Notes: generated from the letters alone by a model not told the origin. A stretch of DNA of 64,000 nt from an uncultured Actinomycetes bacterium (GCA_963783865.1 CAWAPD010000002.1:198415-262414); one strand, 5' to 3'; positions 19,548-30,339 are shown, numbered from the stretch's first letter. Made by a program: numbers and translations.

Positions 19548-20255
19548 TCAGGCGGCCTTGAGCACCTCTTCGGCGCGAAGGGCCCCCGCCGCCGTTTCCT
19601 CGTGCTTGAAGACCATGTACACGTCGAGGCCGCGGGCGAGCAGCTCACGGGCGTGAGCCACGAACCCGGCGATCTCGGCCCGGCTGTAGTCGGGCCGGCG
19701 CAGCCGGAAGTAGGCGAAGTCGGCGGTGACCACCTCGGGGGTGTCCAGCTCCTCGGTCTGCGCCACGCAGAGGGCGACGCCGTGGTCGCGCAGCAGCCCG
19801 TAGACGTCATCGGTGAACCACGACGAGTCGCGGAACTCGAAGGTCGCGCGCATGTCGCGCGACAGCAGCGGCAGGTAGGCCTCGAGGCGCGGCAGGTCGA
19901 GCCGCAGGTTCGGCGGCAGCTGGAACAGCACCGGCCCCAGCCGCCCGGCGTCGCGCAGCGGGGCCAGCGCCGAGAGGAAGAACTCAGTCGACTCGGCGGC
20001 GTCCTTCAGCCGCGCCAGGTGGGTGATCCGCTGGTGAGCCTTCATGGCGAACAGGAACCCGGACGGCGTGCGCTCGATCCAGTCCTGCAGGGTCGACGCC
20101 TTGGGCGTGCGCCGGAAGCTGTAGTTGACCTCGACGCAGTTCAGGCGGCCGGCGTAATGCTCGAGGAACCGCGTGGTCGGCACGTCCGGCGGGTAGAAGT
20201 CCGGCTTCCACGACGGGTAGGCGAACCCGGATGTCCCTGCGTACAGGCGTGCCAT
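19548..20255 (-). CDS. DUF72 (YecE-like) family protein
   Basis: 235 aa; …YAGTSGFAYPSWKPDFYP…FLEHYAGRLNCVEVNYSFRR… typical DUF72. Confidence 0.8.
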   Translation of the reverse strand: MARLYAGTSGFAYPSWKPDFYPPDVPTTRFLEHYAGRLNCVEVNYSFRRTPKASTLQDWIERTPSGFLFAMKAHQRITHLARLKDAAESTEFFLSALAPLRDAGRLGPVLFQLPPNLRLDLPRLEAYLPLLSRDMRATFEFRDSSWFTDDVYGLLRDHGVALCVAQTEELDTPEVVTADFAYFRLRRPDYSRAEIAGFVAHARELLARGLDVYMVFKHEETAAGALRAEEVLKAA

Positions 20256-20405
20256 GCCGTAGTGGTCTCCAGTTTGCGCCGAGAACTAGCCGTTGTGCCG
20301 GCGCCGGTGTCCCGGCCTTGCACGCCCGGCCGTGACGTCGCGGGAGCGGCGGGCTCGGATGTCGGCTAGAGTTGCCGCAGCAACCACCCCGTCGAGGAGG
20401 CCCGA

Positions 20406-21522
20406 CGTGAAGTACGTGCGCATGCCCATCGAGGCCGAGTCGCCCGAGCAGCTCGGGTACGGCAACATCCGCTACAACCTGTCCGAGAGCTCGGTGCGGG
20501 ACCGCTCGCTCGAGGAGCTCCGTGTGACGCTGCCGCCCGACCTGCTGCTGTTCTACGGCGACCACCTCGGTCACCCGGGGTTGCGCGAGCTGGTGGCGGC
20601 GGCGAGCGGCGCCGGCGTCGCCGCCGATGACGTCCTCGTCACCGCCGGCGCCGCCGGCGCCCTGTTCATGATCGCGACCACGCTGCTGGGCAAGGGCGAC
20701 CACCTGGTGGTCGTCCGCCCGAACTACGCCACCAACATCGAGACGCCGCGGGCGATCGAGGCCGACATCAGCTATCTGGACCTCACCTTCGAGGAGGGCT
20801 TCCGGCTCGACGTCGACCGCCTCTGGGCGCTGGTGCGGCCCGAGACGAAGTACGTGAGCGTCACCCTGCCGCACAACCCCACCGGGCAGCTGGTCGACGA
20901 GGCCGAGCTGCGCAAGCTGGTCGGCCTCGTCGAGCGCGCCGGGCTGCGCCTGCTGGTCGACGAGACCTACCGCGACATGACGTTCGGTGCCCCCCTCCCC
21001 ACCACAGCCTCGCTCAGCGACCGGGCGATCAGCGTCACCTCGCTGTCGAAGAGCTACGGCATCCCCGGGATCCGCGTCGGCTGGCTGGTCTGCCGCGACC
21101 GCGAGCTGATGACGCGGGTCCTCTCGGCCAAGGAGCAGATCGGCATCTGCGGCAGCGTCGTCGACGAGGAGATCGCCTACCAGACGTACGCGCGCCGCGG
21201 CGAGTGGCTGCCCGAGGTCTCAGGCCGCATCGCCGAGGCCTTGGCGACGATGCGGGCGTGGATGGCCGGCGAGCAACGGATGGAGTGGGTGGAGCCGCGC
21301 GGCGGATGCGTCTGCTTCCCCCGCATCAGGCTCGATGTGCCGGTCGACCCCGACGTGTTCTACCGCGTGCTGCTCGAGGAGTTCGGCACGTATGTGGGGC
21401 CGGGCCACTGGTTCGAGCAGTCGCGCCGCCACATGCGGGTCGGCTTCGGCTGGCCGCTGCCGGACGAGCTGGCGAAGGGCCTGGAGGGCATCTCCGGCGC
21501 GATCACGGCGAGCCTGCGCTAG
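20406..21522 (+). CDS. PLP-dependent aminotransferase (class I/II fold)
   Basis: …VTSLSKSYGIPGIRVGW… (PLP-lysine region), …LPHNPTGQ…; start taken at GTG/ATG cluster around 20406-20421. Confidence 0.8.
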
Positions 21523-21532
21523 AACGAAGCGA

Positions 21533-21548
21533 CCGGGGCTAGCCCCGG
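21533..21548. terminator. Short hairpin CCGGGGC-TA-GCCCCGG between convergent aminotransferase and MBL-fold genes
   Basis: Read directly. Confidence 0.35.
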
Positions 21549-22153
21549 TCGAGCAGGCGGCGCAGCGCCGCCTTGGGGTCGTCGAGGATCGGCGCCCCGT
21601 GGGCGAAGCACAGCACGTCGAACGGCAGCCCGAGTAGGCGCTCGACGCTGCGCCGCGTCTCGGCCGGGTCCTCGTGATACTGCGGCGGCACGAACGTGAC
21701 CTCGTCGCCGTGGTGTGACACCAGGTCGGAGACGAAGAACACCCCGGGGTCGGCCTCCAGCAGGAACGAGTAGTGCGGCCACTCGGGGCCCGGCGTGCGC
21801 ACGGCCAGCAAACCGCCGGGCAACGTGTCGCCCTCGGCGTAGCGGCGATCCGGCTCTTCGTCGGCCGGCGCGGCGTCCTCGGGCAGCCAGACCTCGGCCC
21901 CGAACTCGCGCCGGCAGCGCCAGGATGCGCGCTGATGACAGCGGGCGGTGAGGAGGACGTGGGTCGGCGCGGGTAGCGTGGCCAGCGCCTCGTCGCCCAG
22001 GCGCACGGGGTCGATGAAGATGGACTCGCCGCCGGCCACCAGCGCTTGCGAACTCGAGGTCGCGCCCCCGATGTTGCTGTTGTGGATGCACCAGTGGAAG
22101 ACGCCCGGGACGACCGGCTCGACGCTCTCGGCGATCTCGCGGGGCTCGGCCAT
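21539..22153 (-). CDS. MBL-fold metallo-hydrolase
   Basis: 204 aa from internal ATG MAEPREIAE…; …HVLLTARCHQ…, …HHGDEVTF…, …FAHGAPI… metal-binding His/Asp pattern. Confidence 0.65.
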   Translation of the reverse strand: MAEPREIAESVEPVVPGVFHWCIHNSNIGGATSSSQALVAGGESIFIDPVRLGDEALATLPAPTHVLLTARCHQRASWRCRREFGAEVWLPEDAAPADEEPDRRYAEGDTLPGGLLAVRTPGPEWPHYSFLLEADPGVFFVSDLVSHHGDEVTFVPPQYHEDPAETRRSVERLLGLPFDVLCFAHGAPILDDPKAALRRLLDRG

Positions 22154-22155
22154 GG

Positions 22156-22476
22156 CTAGGCGCTCGCGCGCGCCATGTCCAGGCGGTGCGCCAGCGCGAA
22201 GCGCAGGACGGCGCGCACGTCGGCACTCGTGTTGACGAGGCGGATCGTCGGGCGCTCGGGCTCGCCTGCGAGGCGCTCCACGAGCACGCCGAAACACTCG
22301 TCCGCGAACGAGGGCGTGACACTGACGACGCGGGCGAAGTCGAGCTCGATCCAATGCTCGCCGCCGACCCGCTCGTCGAGGTACTCGCGCACGCGGACCG
22401 CGCGCTCGCGGTCGAGGAGGTTGGCTCCATACTCGCCGACGTCGATGGTCGTCACGCTGCCTCTGGGGATAGTCAC
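22156..22476 (-). CDS. Small STAS-like (DUF4325-type) hypothetical protein
   Basis: 106 aa; weak resemblance only; stop 2 nt upstream of MBL start. Confidence 0.4.
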   Translation of the reverse strand: MTIPRGSVTTIDVGEYGANLLDRERAVRVREYLDERVGGEHWIELDFARVVSVTPSFADECFGVLVERLAGEPERPTIRLVNTSADVRAVLRFALAHRLDMARASA

Positions 22477-22613
22477 GATCCAACTCTATCGCGTGCGGGC
22501 GACGCTGTGGACGTTCATCGGGGAGCGCCCGACCTGGAGGCGAGGCCGCGCCGTCCACACTCGAGGCAAAGGAGAAGACGGGGGAGGCGGCTGCGCCGCC
22601 TCCCCGCCCTCCG

Positions 22614-25208
22614 TCAACGAATCACGAGTGGAGACGGGAAGAACGAGAACGGCCGCAGCCGCGAGCGGTTGCCGGACTCGTCGACGGCCGAGACGTGTAT
22701 CTCGTAGCTCCCCGCGGGCAGCGTCCACGTGAACCACTGCGTCCCCTGCCGGACGCCGCAGGGCTGCGATCCCAGGCGGTATCGACGAACGACCGCACCG
22801 TGCCGCTCAATCGTGATCGTCACCGTCGCAGTAGCACTGGCATTGTCCAGCACTTCATAGTCGAACTGAACTCTCCTGATGCCATCTGTGTACTCGGTAC
22901 CGACCCCGTGCGCGTGTGCCCGCGGCCAGGCCACGTCGGCGACGGTCGACTGCCAGCTGGCGCCACCGTCGGTGGTGCGCAGCATCGGCTCGCCGTCGCC
23001 CACGATCCAGCCGTCGGTGTCGCTGATGAACGAGGCCGCCGCCAGGTCGAAGGTCGCGGGCACCGCGCCGGCCGGGGCCGTCCACGTCGCGCCGCCGTCG
23101 GCGCTCTCGAGCACCGTGCCGCCGCTCCCCACGGCCCAGTCGACCGTTCCGCTGGGAGCGCGGGTGACCTTCGCCAGGCACGTGCCGGCCGGCACTCCGG
23201 CCGACGGTGCCCAAATGGCGCCGTTGTCTGTCGAGTAGTACGCCACGCCGGCGCCGGTCACGGGGTCGCCGCCGACCGCGCAGCGCGGCGCCTCGATCCC
23301 GTACAGGACGGCGCCGGGGACGACCTGCTGCACCGTCCAGGTCTGGCCGCCGTCGGTCGTGCGGTAGATGAAGCCGGTCAGGGTGGCGGCGTTGCCGCCG
23401 GCGATCCAGCCGTGCTGGGCGTCGGTGAAGTCGACCGCCCAGAGGTCGTCGCCGCGGGCGCCGTCCCACGTCGGCGCCTTCGCCCAGTGGGCGCCGCCGT
23501 CGGTCGTGTGGAGCAGCGCGCCGTTGGTGCCGCTGACCCAGCCGTTCTGGGCGTCGGTGAAGTCGACCGACATCAGGTATTCGTAGGTGTGCGAGGGCTC
23601 CGTCTTCCACGTGGAACCATCGGTCGATCCTGTGATCATGCTGTCGACCCAGCTCTCGCTGCCCGCCGTCCAGATGTGTGTCGGATCGAGGGCATCGATG
23701 CCGCCGAACTCGTACGCGTACCAAGCTAGTGGGCTGCGGTTGCGCCAGTGCGCGCCGCCGTCGGTCGTGTGCAGGATGATCGCGTTCTCGCTCACGTTGT
23801 TGTAGCCGACCGCCCAGCCGTTCTGCTGGTCGATGAAGTCGACGCCGGTGAGACCGTAGGAGGCGCGCACGGTGGTCGTGTGCGGCCAGCCCAGCCTGTC
23901 GCCGAGCGCCTTCGTGGAGTGGCGTGCCGTCGCGGCCTTGGCGCCGTGGTGGGCCGGGGCGGTCGGCAGCGCGGCGGGAGCCGCGCTGCCGGCCGCCGCC
24001 ATCGCGTTGTAGGCCTTCAGGAACGCGTACCAGCCCGCGCCTGTGGGCGCCGGCTGCCCGAACGCCACCTGATGCAGGTAGTCGCTACGGTAGTAGGGCC
24101 AGTCCTGGTCGGCGCCCCACCAGATGGTCATGCCCTGGTAGGCCGCCGAGTAGGAGCCGGACCAGAGACCGAGGACGGCGCCGCGGCAGTCCTTCGCCAC
24201 CGTCGCCGAGAGCGTCTTGAGCGTCGTGTCGGCGATCTGTGGATCGGCCGCGAGGGCGTCACAGAGCTGGGCCACGTCGACGTGCCACGACTCCCAGGCG
24301 TAGATGCACGTCTTCAGGTCGGCGTCGTAGCGCGACTTGAGTGTCGGCAGGTCGAGCTTCATGCGGGCGACCCACGCCTGCAGGTCGGCGGTGGCGGCGC
24401 CGACAGCGCCGACGTCGATCGCGCTCATGCTGGTCCAGTTGAAGGAGCGCCTCGGCAAATAGTACCGCTGGTAGGCCGTCACGAGATCGCGAGCCACGTC
24501 GGCCGGCACGAGCGATGGGTCGGCGACCAGCGGCGCGAAGGCGATGTCGTAGGGGATGCCGTCCTGGTCGATCTCCTCCTCTGAGCCGACCAGGTACTTC
24601 ACGAGGGGAGCGGCCGGAGAGCCGGCCTGCATCTGCGCGAGCTGGTAGGCGACCTCGACGTCGCCCATGTTGCAGGCGTCGAACGAGAGGACGTCGATGG
24701 GCACGCCGGCGCCCTCGACGGCCCGCGTCATCTCGGGCATCGTGATGTTGTCCCAGGCCGAGGTCTGGTCCCACGAGAAGCCGCGCCACGCGTAGCCGTG
24801 GTCGAGGATGCTGACGCCGAGGTGGTCCGAGGGGTACCTGGCGTGGATCTGCGCGAGGAACCACTCGAGCGTGGCGCCACTGCCGAAATCCCTTTCGCGG
24901 AAGGTCGCGACCTTGGTGCAGTGGCCGTCGCCGAGCTCGAACAGGGTCGTCCCGCCCTTGCCGGGCATGTCGACCATGGCGACGATGTGGACCTGTGGGT
25001 TCGTGGGGATGCGGGCGAGGAACGGGCGCGTGAACTGCGCCCACGTGTAAGCGAGGTCGTTGTCCTCGTTGGTGTAGAAGGCGTAGGTCCAGGCGACGGG
25101 CGACGGCGAGGCGGGCGGCGCGGCCGCGCCGGCCGCGGGCGCCGTCGCCACTCCCAGCGCAGTCAGTACCGACAGGGAAAGCACGAACAGGACGCCCCAA
25201 CGTCTCAC
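22614..25208 (-). CDS. Secreted clostripain-like (peptidase C11) protease fused to a C-terminal BNR/Ycf48-like beta-propeller (7 × TDGGxxW repeats)
   Basis: Signal peptide; C11 His/Cys dyad context (…ILDHGYAWRGF…, …LSFDACNMGDVEV…); repeats HTTDGGAHW, STDGSTW, HTTDGGAHW, RTTDGGQTW, STDNGAIW, SADGGATW, RTTDGGASW. Confidence 0.8.
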   Translation of the reverse strand: MRRWGVLFVLSLSVLTALGVATAPAAGAAAPPASPSPVAWTYAFYTNEDNDLAYTWAQFTRPFLARIPTNPQVHIVAMVDMPGKGGTTLFELGDGHCTKVATFRERDFGSGATLEWFLAQIHARYPSDHLGVSILDHGYAWRGFSWDQTSAWDNITMPEMTRAVEGAGVPIDVLSFDACNMGDVEVAYQLAQMQAGSPAAPLVKYLVGSEEEIDQDGIPYDIAFAPLVADPSLVPADVARDLVTAYQRYYLPRRSFNWTSMSAIDVGAVGAATADLQAWVARMKLDLPTLKSRYDADLKTCIYAWESWHVDVAQLCDALAADPQIADTTLKTLSATVAKDCRGAVLGLWSGSYSAAYQGMTIWWGADQDWPYYRSDYLHQVAFGQPAPTGAGWYAFLKAYNAMAAAGSAAPAALPTAPAHHGAKAATARHSTKALGDRLGWPHTTTVRASYGLTGVDFIDQQNGWAVGYNNVSENAIILHTTDGGAHWRNRSPLAWYAYEFGGIDALDPTHIWTAGSESWVDSMITGSTDGSTWKTEPSHTYEYLMSVDFTDAQNGWVSGTNGALLHTTDGGAHWAKAPTWDGARGDDLWAVDFTDAQHGWIAGGNAATLTGFIYRTTDGGQTWTVQQVVPGAVLYGIEAPRCAVGGDPVTGAGVAYYSTDNGAIWAPSAGVPAGTCLAKVTRAPSGTVDWAVGSGGTVLESADGGATWTAPAGAVPATFDLAAASFISDTDGWIVGDGEPMLRTTDGGASWQSTVADVAWPRAHAHGVGTEYTDGIRRVQFDYEVLDNASATATVTITIERHGAVVRRYRLGSQPCGVRQGTQWFTWTLPAGSYEIHVSAVDESGNRSRLRPFSFFPSPLVIR

Positions 25209-25390
25209 CTGACACCCCTTTCGCCGGTGCAGGCCCGGGACCGGCGCGTCGGCGCGCGCCCTTTCCCTGGCCCATGGCCTGACGGCGTCGTCGCCGTCAC
25301 CCGACTATGGTAGTCCGAGGAGCGGTGGGCGCAAGTCGAACGCCGTGGACGCGGCGGTGGACAAGGCGGGTCGACGACGTGCGGAACGCG

Positions 25391-26887
25391 TCAGGGCAGT
25401 GTGCGGACCACGTGCTCGATCACGCGCAGCAGCGGCGTGGGGTACACGCCCAGCCAGATCACGACGGCCGTGAGGGCGCACAGGGCGAAGGCGGCGGCCG
25501 GCGGGGCGGCGGGCAGGGCGCCCGCCGGAGCGGGCGCCGCGCCAGCCGCCCCGCCGGCCGCCGCCGCGACACCGCCGGCGGCCTCGGCTTCGGCCTCGGC
25601 CGCCGGCACGTACATCGCCACGACGATCCGCGTGTAGTAGTAGAGCGACACGGCGCTCATCGCGACGAGCACGATGAGGAGGCCCCACAGCGACGCGCCG
25701 GCGCCGGCGTCGACCACGTAGAACTTGGCCACGAAGCCGGCCGTCAGCGGCAGCCCCGCGAGCGCGAACAGGACCACGGCGAAGACCGCCGCCAGCCACG
25801 GCTTGCGCACCGCCAGCCCACGGTAGTCCTCGAGCCGGTCGGCGTCGCGCTCGGGGGTGGACATCGCCGTCACCACGCCGAAGCCGGCCAGGGTGATCGC
25901 CGTGTAGGCCACGAGGTAGAAGACCACGGCCGTCGCGGCGGTCTCGCCGGTGGCGATGAAGGCGACGGTGACGTAGCCGAGCTGGGCGATCGACGAGTAG
26001 GCGAGCAGCCGCTTCACGTTCTGCTGGCGCAGGGCCAGCAGGTTGCCGGCGATCATCGAGGCGGCGGCGATCGCGACCAGGATCGCGTAGACGCTGCCCG
26101 TCGCGTGCAGGCCGCTGTCGCGATAGATGCGCAGGACGAGGGCGAAGACGGCTGCCTTGGAGACGGTGGCGATGAGCGCCGTCACCGGCGCCGGCGCGCC
26201 CTGGTAGACGTCGGGCGTCCACATGTGGAAGGGCACCAGCGCGAGCTTGAACCCCAGGCCGACGAAGATCAGCGCCAGGCCGCCGGCCAGAACGGCCGCG
26301 GCGGCGCCGGCGAGGTGCGCCGTGCCGAGGCCGGCGAACGACATCGTCCCGATCTCCGCGTAGACGAGCGCCATGCCGAAGAGCAGGAAGGCGGCGGTCA
26401 CGGCCGCCAGGATCAGGTACTTGACCGCCGCCTCGACCGCCTGGTCGCGCAGCCGCGGGTAGGCGATCAGCACGTAGAGCGACACGCTCAGCAGCTCCAG
26501 GCCGAGGAACAGCGAGGCGAACTGGGTGCTGGCGACCAGCGTCGAGCCTCCGAGCAGCGCCATCAGCAGCAGCGCGTAGTAGTCGCCGGGGTAGTCGTCG
26601 CGGTCCTTCAGGTACCGGTACGACAGCAGGGCGACGACCGCGGTCCCCGAGGCGAGCAGGGCGATGAAGAACAGCGTGTAGCCGTCGACCAGCAGCAGCG
26701 GCGTCACCTGGCGCACCGAGCGCGTGGCCGGCACGGCGAGCGTGGCGGCCGTGACGGCCAGGAAGAAGAGCGTGAGACCCAGCAGCAGCCCGTGGCTGCG
26801 CGTGCCGGTGCCCACCAGCGCGACCACGACCGGCGCCAGCGTCATCACGACGAAGGGCAACAGCGTGAGGATGTCGCCCGCGTGCAT
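25391..26887 (-). CDS. nuoN: NADH-quinone oxidoreductase subunit N
   Basis: 14-TM antiporter-like subunit; start ATG (MHAGDILT…) shares 1 nt with nuoM stop. Confidence 0.9.
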   Translation of the reverse strand: MHAGDILTLLPFVVMTLAPVVVALVGTGTRSHGLLLGLTLFFLAVTAATLAVPATRSVRQVTPLLLVDGYTLFFIALLASGTAVVALLSYRYLKDRDDYPGDYYALLLMALLGGSTLVASTQFASLFLGLELLSVSLYVLIAYPRLRDQAVEAAVKYLILAAVTAAFLLFGMALVYAEIGTMSFAGLGTAHLAGAAAAVLAGGLALIFVGLGFKLALVPFHMWTPDVYQGAPAPVTALIATVSKAAVFALVLRIYRDSGLHATGSVYAILVAIAAASMIAGNLLALRQQNVKRLLAYSSIAQLGYVTVAFIATGETAATAVVFYLVAYTAITLAGFGVVTAMSTPERDADRLEDYRGLAVRKPWLAAVFAVVLFALAGLPLTAGFVAKFYVVDAGAGASLWGLLIVLVAMSAVSLYYYTRIVVAMYVPAAEAEAEAAGGVAAAAGGAAGAAPAPAGALPAAPPAAAFALCALTAVVIWLGVYPTPLLRVIEHVVRTLP

Positions 26888-28462
26888 CACGGCGCGGAGC
26901 TCCCGGTCGCGGCCGACAGGGCGGCGGGCGAGGGCGGCGGCGGGGCTGGCTGCGAAGCAGCGGTCCCCGCCGCCGCTCCGCCGGCCTTCGCCTGCACCTG
27001 CACATTGACGACCGCCGGGCGCGACGTGTTCAGCACAGGCTGCGGGTAGACGCCCAGCCACAGCAGCGGCGCGATCATGAAGGCCATCACCAGCGCCTCA
27101 CGCGCCGTGAGGTCGGCCAGCCGCCAGTCGTGCACGTTCTCGCCCTGGAACACACGCTGCATCAGCCACAGCGAGTACACGGTCGCGAAGACGAGGCCGA
27201 CGGCGGCCAGCACGGTGGCCGGCTCGCTCACCGTCCAGGCGCCGATCAGGATCAGGAACTCGCCCACGAAGTTGCCCAGGCCCGGCAGGCCCAGCGAGGC
27301 CAAGGGCGAAGACCATGGCGACGGCGCCCATCCTGGGCGCCGTCGCCCACAGGCCTCCGAAGCGGTCCATGTCGCGGGTGTGCGTGCGTTCCTGCAGCAG
27401 GCCGACCAGGGCGAACAGCGCGCCGGTCGAGAAGGCGTGGCTCAGGATCTCGATCACCGCGCCCTGCAGCGCCAGCTCGTTCCAGGCGAAGATGCCGAGC
27501 AGCACGAATCCCATGTGGCTGACGCTCGTGTAGGCGACCAGCCGCTTGAGGTCGCGCTGGCCGTACGCCAGAAGCGCGCCGTACAGGATGCCGGCCACCG
27601 CCAGCCCCATCGCCCAGGGCGCGAACTTGAAGGCCACCTGGGGGAACAGCGGGATCTGGAAGCGGATGATCCCGTAGGCGCCGACCTTGATCAGCAGCCC
27701 GGCGAGCACGAGGCTGCCGGCGGTCGGCGCCTGCGTGTGAGCGTCGGGCAGCCAGCTGTGCACCGGAACCGCCGGCAGCTTGACGGCGAAGGCGGCGAAG
27801 AAGCCGAGCATCAGCAGCCACGCGGTCGTCTGCGACATGTGGGTGCCGAGCAGCTGCAGGTAGTCGAACGTGTAGACGCCGGTGTCGCGACCGTGGATCA
27901 CGTACAGGGCCAGGATCGCGACCAACATCAGCAGACCGCCGGCCTGGGTGAAGATGAAGAACTTGACCGCCGCGTAGACGCGCCGCTCGTGGCCCCACAG
28001 GGCGATCACGAAGTACATGGGCACGAGCATCATCTCGAAGAAGAAGACGAACAGGAACAGGTCGAGGGCGAGGAAGGCGCCGACCAGCGCCGCCAGCGTC
28101 CAGAGCAGCATGAAGTGGAAGAGGCCGACGCGGCGGTCGATGTCGCGCCACGAGACCACCACCGAGAGGGCGCCGATGCCGTAGCAGAGCAGCACCAGCA
28201 GCAGGCTGAGGCCGTCCATGCCCAGGAAGAAGCTCACGCCGAGCTGCGGGATCCAGGCGCGGTGGAAGGTCTCGAGCCAGGGCCCGTGGGCGGTGATCGA
28301 GAAGTCGCCGGCGTGGGCGATCCAGAGGCCGACGGTGGCGGCGAAGCCGGCCGCCATCGTCGCCAGGGCCACCCAGCGGGCGGCGTCCGGCCTGGCTCGC
28401 CCGGCGAGCCAGGCGGCCACGCCGCCCGCGAACGGCAGCAGCACGAGCACGGCCAGGATCAT
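26887..28462 (-). CDS. nuoM: NADH-quinone oxidoreductase subunit M, with apparent 1-nt frameshift near 27290-27300
   Basis: MILAVLVLLPFAGG… through …APRMGAVAMVFALGLA in one frame, conserved C-terminus …ASLGLPGLGNFVGEFLILIGAW…YSLWLMQRVFQG in the next; start overlaps nuoL stop (ATGA). Confidence 0.85.
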
Positions 28463-30339
28463 CGCAGCAACACCACCAGGGCGCCGGCGGCGACGCCGAT
28501 GCCGACGACCAGCGCGTACGAGCGCACGCGGCCGTTCTGGGTGAGGCTCAGGCCGCGGTTGGCGGCCCGGGTGAGGGCGGCGATGCCGCCGACCACCGGC
28601 TCGACGAGGTCGTTGCGCGAGACGTGGGCGAACCACCTGGCCGGCGCGACGAACACGGTGTCGTAGAGCCGGTCGAAGTCCCAGCCGCGATAGAGGAACA
28701 GGGCGGCGCGCGACGTGCTGGGCGCCAGCGCCCAGCCCTCGCGCGCCGCCCGGCGCAGGTACACCCACCAGGCGGCGAGCAGGCCGACCAGCGTCACCGC
28801 CGTCTCCACCGCCGTGGTGAGCCAGGTCGCCGAGGTCAGGCCCTTGGTCACCGTCTCGGGCACCGACGTCGTCAGGAAGCCGGCGAACGGCTGCCAGGCG
28901 GTCCAGGCGCGGGGCAGCGCCAGGAAGCCGGCGACCAGCGACAGCACGGAGAGCACGTACAGCGGCAGCTTCTCGGCCGAGCTCGGGCGGTGCCCGACCG
29001 GGATGCGCAGCGGACCCCAGAACACCACGAACACGACGCGGAAGATGTACACCGCGGTGATCAGCGAGCCGACCACGCCGGCCGCCCACAGCCAGACGCT
29101 GCCGTCGACCGAGGCCAGCGTCTCCTCGAGCACCAGGTCCTTGGCGTAGAAGCCCGAGGTGATCAGCGGCAGCGCGGCCAGCGCCGCGGCGCCGATCAGG
29201 AAGCTCCAGAAGGCGACCGGCAGGGCGCGGCGCAGCCCGCCCATGCGGAAGATGTCGTGCTCGTCCTGCTGGGCCTCGATGATCACGCCGGCGCTGAGGA
29301 ACAGCAGCGCCTTGAAGAACGCGTGGCACATGAACAGGAACACGGCGGCGGTCCAGGCGCCGACGCCGAGGGCCAGGAACATGTAGCCGATCTGGCTGAT
29401 CGTCGAGTAGGCGAGCACGCGCTTGATGTCGCGCTGGTTCAGCGCGCTCAGGCCGGCGTAGAGCAGCGTAGCGGCGCCGACGATCGCCACCGTCAGGCGC
29501 ACGTCCGGCGCCGCCGTGTAGAGGGCGTGCGTGCGCGCGATCAGGTAGACGCCGGCGGTGACCATCGTGGCGGCGTGGATCAGGGCGCTGACGGGGCTCG
29601 GACCGGCCATCGCGTCGGGCAGCCAGGTCTGGAGCGGCAGCTGCGCCGACTTGCCGACGGCGCCGCCCAGCAGCAGGAGGGCGGCGGCGGCGGCCACGCC
29701 GCCGCCGCCCCACACGCCCACCGTCGCCATCAGGGGCTGGATCGCCAGCGTGTGGCCCTTCGCGAACAGCAGGAACAGCCCGACGATGAAGGCCGTGTCG
29801 CCGACCCGCGTGACGATGAACGCCTTGCGCCCCGAGTACACGTTCTGCAGGTCCTTGTGCCAGAAGGCGATCAGCAGGTAGCTGCACAGCCCCACGCCCT
29901 CCCAGCCGAGGAACAGCAGCACGAGGTTGTCGGCCAGCACCAGCACCAGCATCGAGAACACGAACAGGTTCATGTAGACGAAGAACCGCCGGTAGCCGTC
30001 GTCGCGCGCCATGTGGCCGGTCGAGTAGAGGTGGATGAGGAAGCCGACGACGGTGATGACGAGCATCCAGATGAGCGACACCGCGTCGAGCGTGAAGGCG
30101 ACCTGGGGCCGCAGGCCGGCGACGCTCCACCAGGTCCACAGGACCTGGTGGTAGGCGTCGCCGGCCGGCGGCGAGGCCAGGAAGCTCGTCGTCACGACCA
30201 GCGCGACGACCGCCGACAGGCCGATCGACCCGGCGCCGACCCAAGCCACGCCGCGACGCCCGAGCAGGCCCCCGGCGAACAGCAGCACCGCGAACCCCAG
30301 CAGGGGCAGCGCCGGCACGATGGCGAGCAGCCACAGCAT
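28459..30339 (-). CDS. nuoL: NADH-quinone oxidoreductase subunit L
   Basis: 626 aa; …LGWEGVGLCSYLLIAFW…, long C-terminal amphipathic region. Confidence 0.9.
   Translation of the reverse strand: MLWLLAIVPALPLLGFAVLLFAGGLLGRRGVAWVGAGSIGLSAVVALVVTTSFLASPPAGDAYHQVLWTWWSVAGLRPQVAFTLDAVSLIWMLVITVVGFLIHLYSTGHMARDDGYRRFFVYMNLFVFSMLVLVLADNLVLLFLGWEGVGLCSYLLIAFWHKDLQNVYSGRKAFIVTRVGDTAFIVGLFLLFAKGHTLAIQPLMATVGVWGGGGVAAAAALLLLGGAVGKSAQLPLQTWLPDAMAGPSPVSALIHAATMVTAGVYLIARTHALYTAAPDVRLTVAIVGAATLLYAGLSALNQRDIKRVLAYSTISQIGYMFLALGVGAWTAAVFLFMCHAFFKALLFLSAGVIIEAQQDEHDIFRMGGLRRALPVAFWSFLIGAAALAALPLITSGFYAKDLVLEETLASVDGSVWLWAAGVVGSLITAVYIFRVVFVVFWGPLRIPVGHRPSSAEKLPLYVLSVLSLVAGFLALPRAWTAWQPFAGFLTTSVPETVTKGLTSATWLTTAVETAVTLVGLLAAWWVYLRRAAREGWALAPSTSRAALFLYRGWDFDRLYDTVFVAPARWFAHVSRNDLVEPVVGGIAALTRAANRGLSLTQNGRVRSYALVVGIGVAAGALVVLLR

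Noticed and set aside
25305-27049. 566/580-aa ORFs on both strands over nuoN, and similar ORFs over nuoM/L (27077..28666 +, 28624..30642 +)
   Set aside because: Highly charged R/G/D/E/H-rich translations. The nuo subunits are read unambiguously from the other frame.
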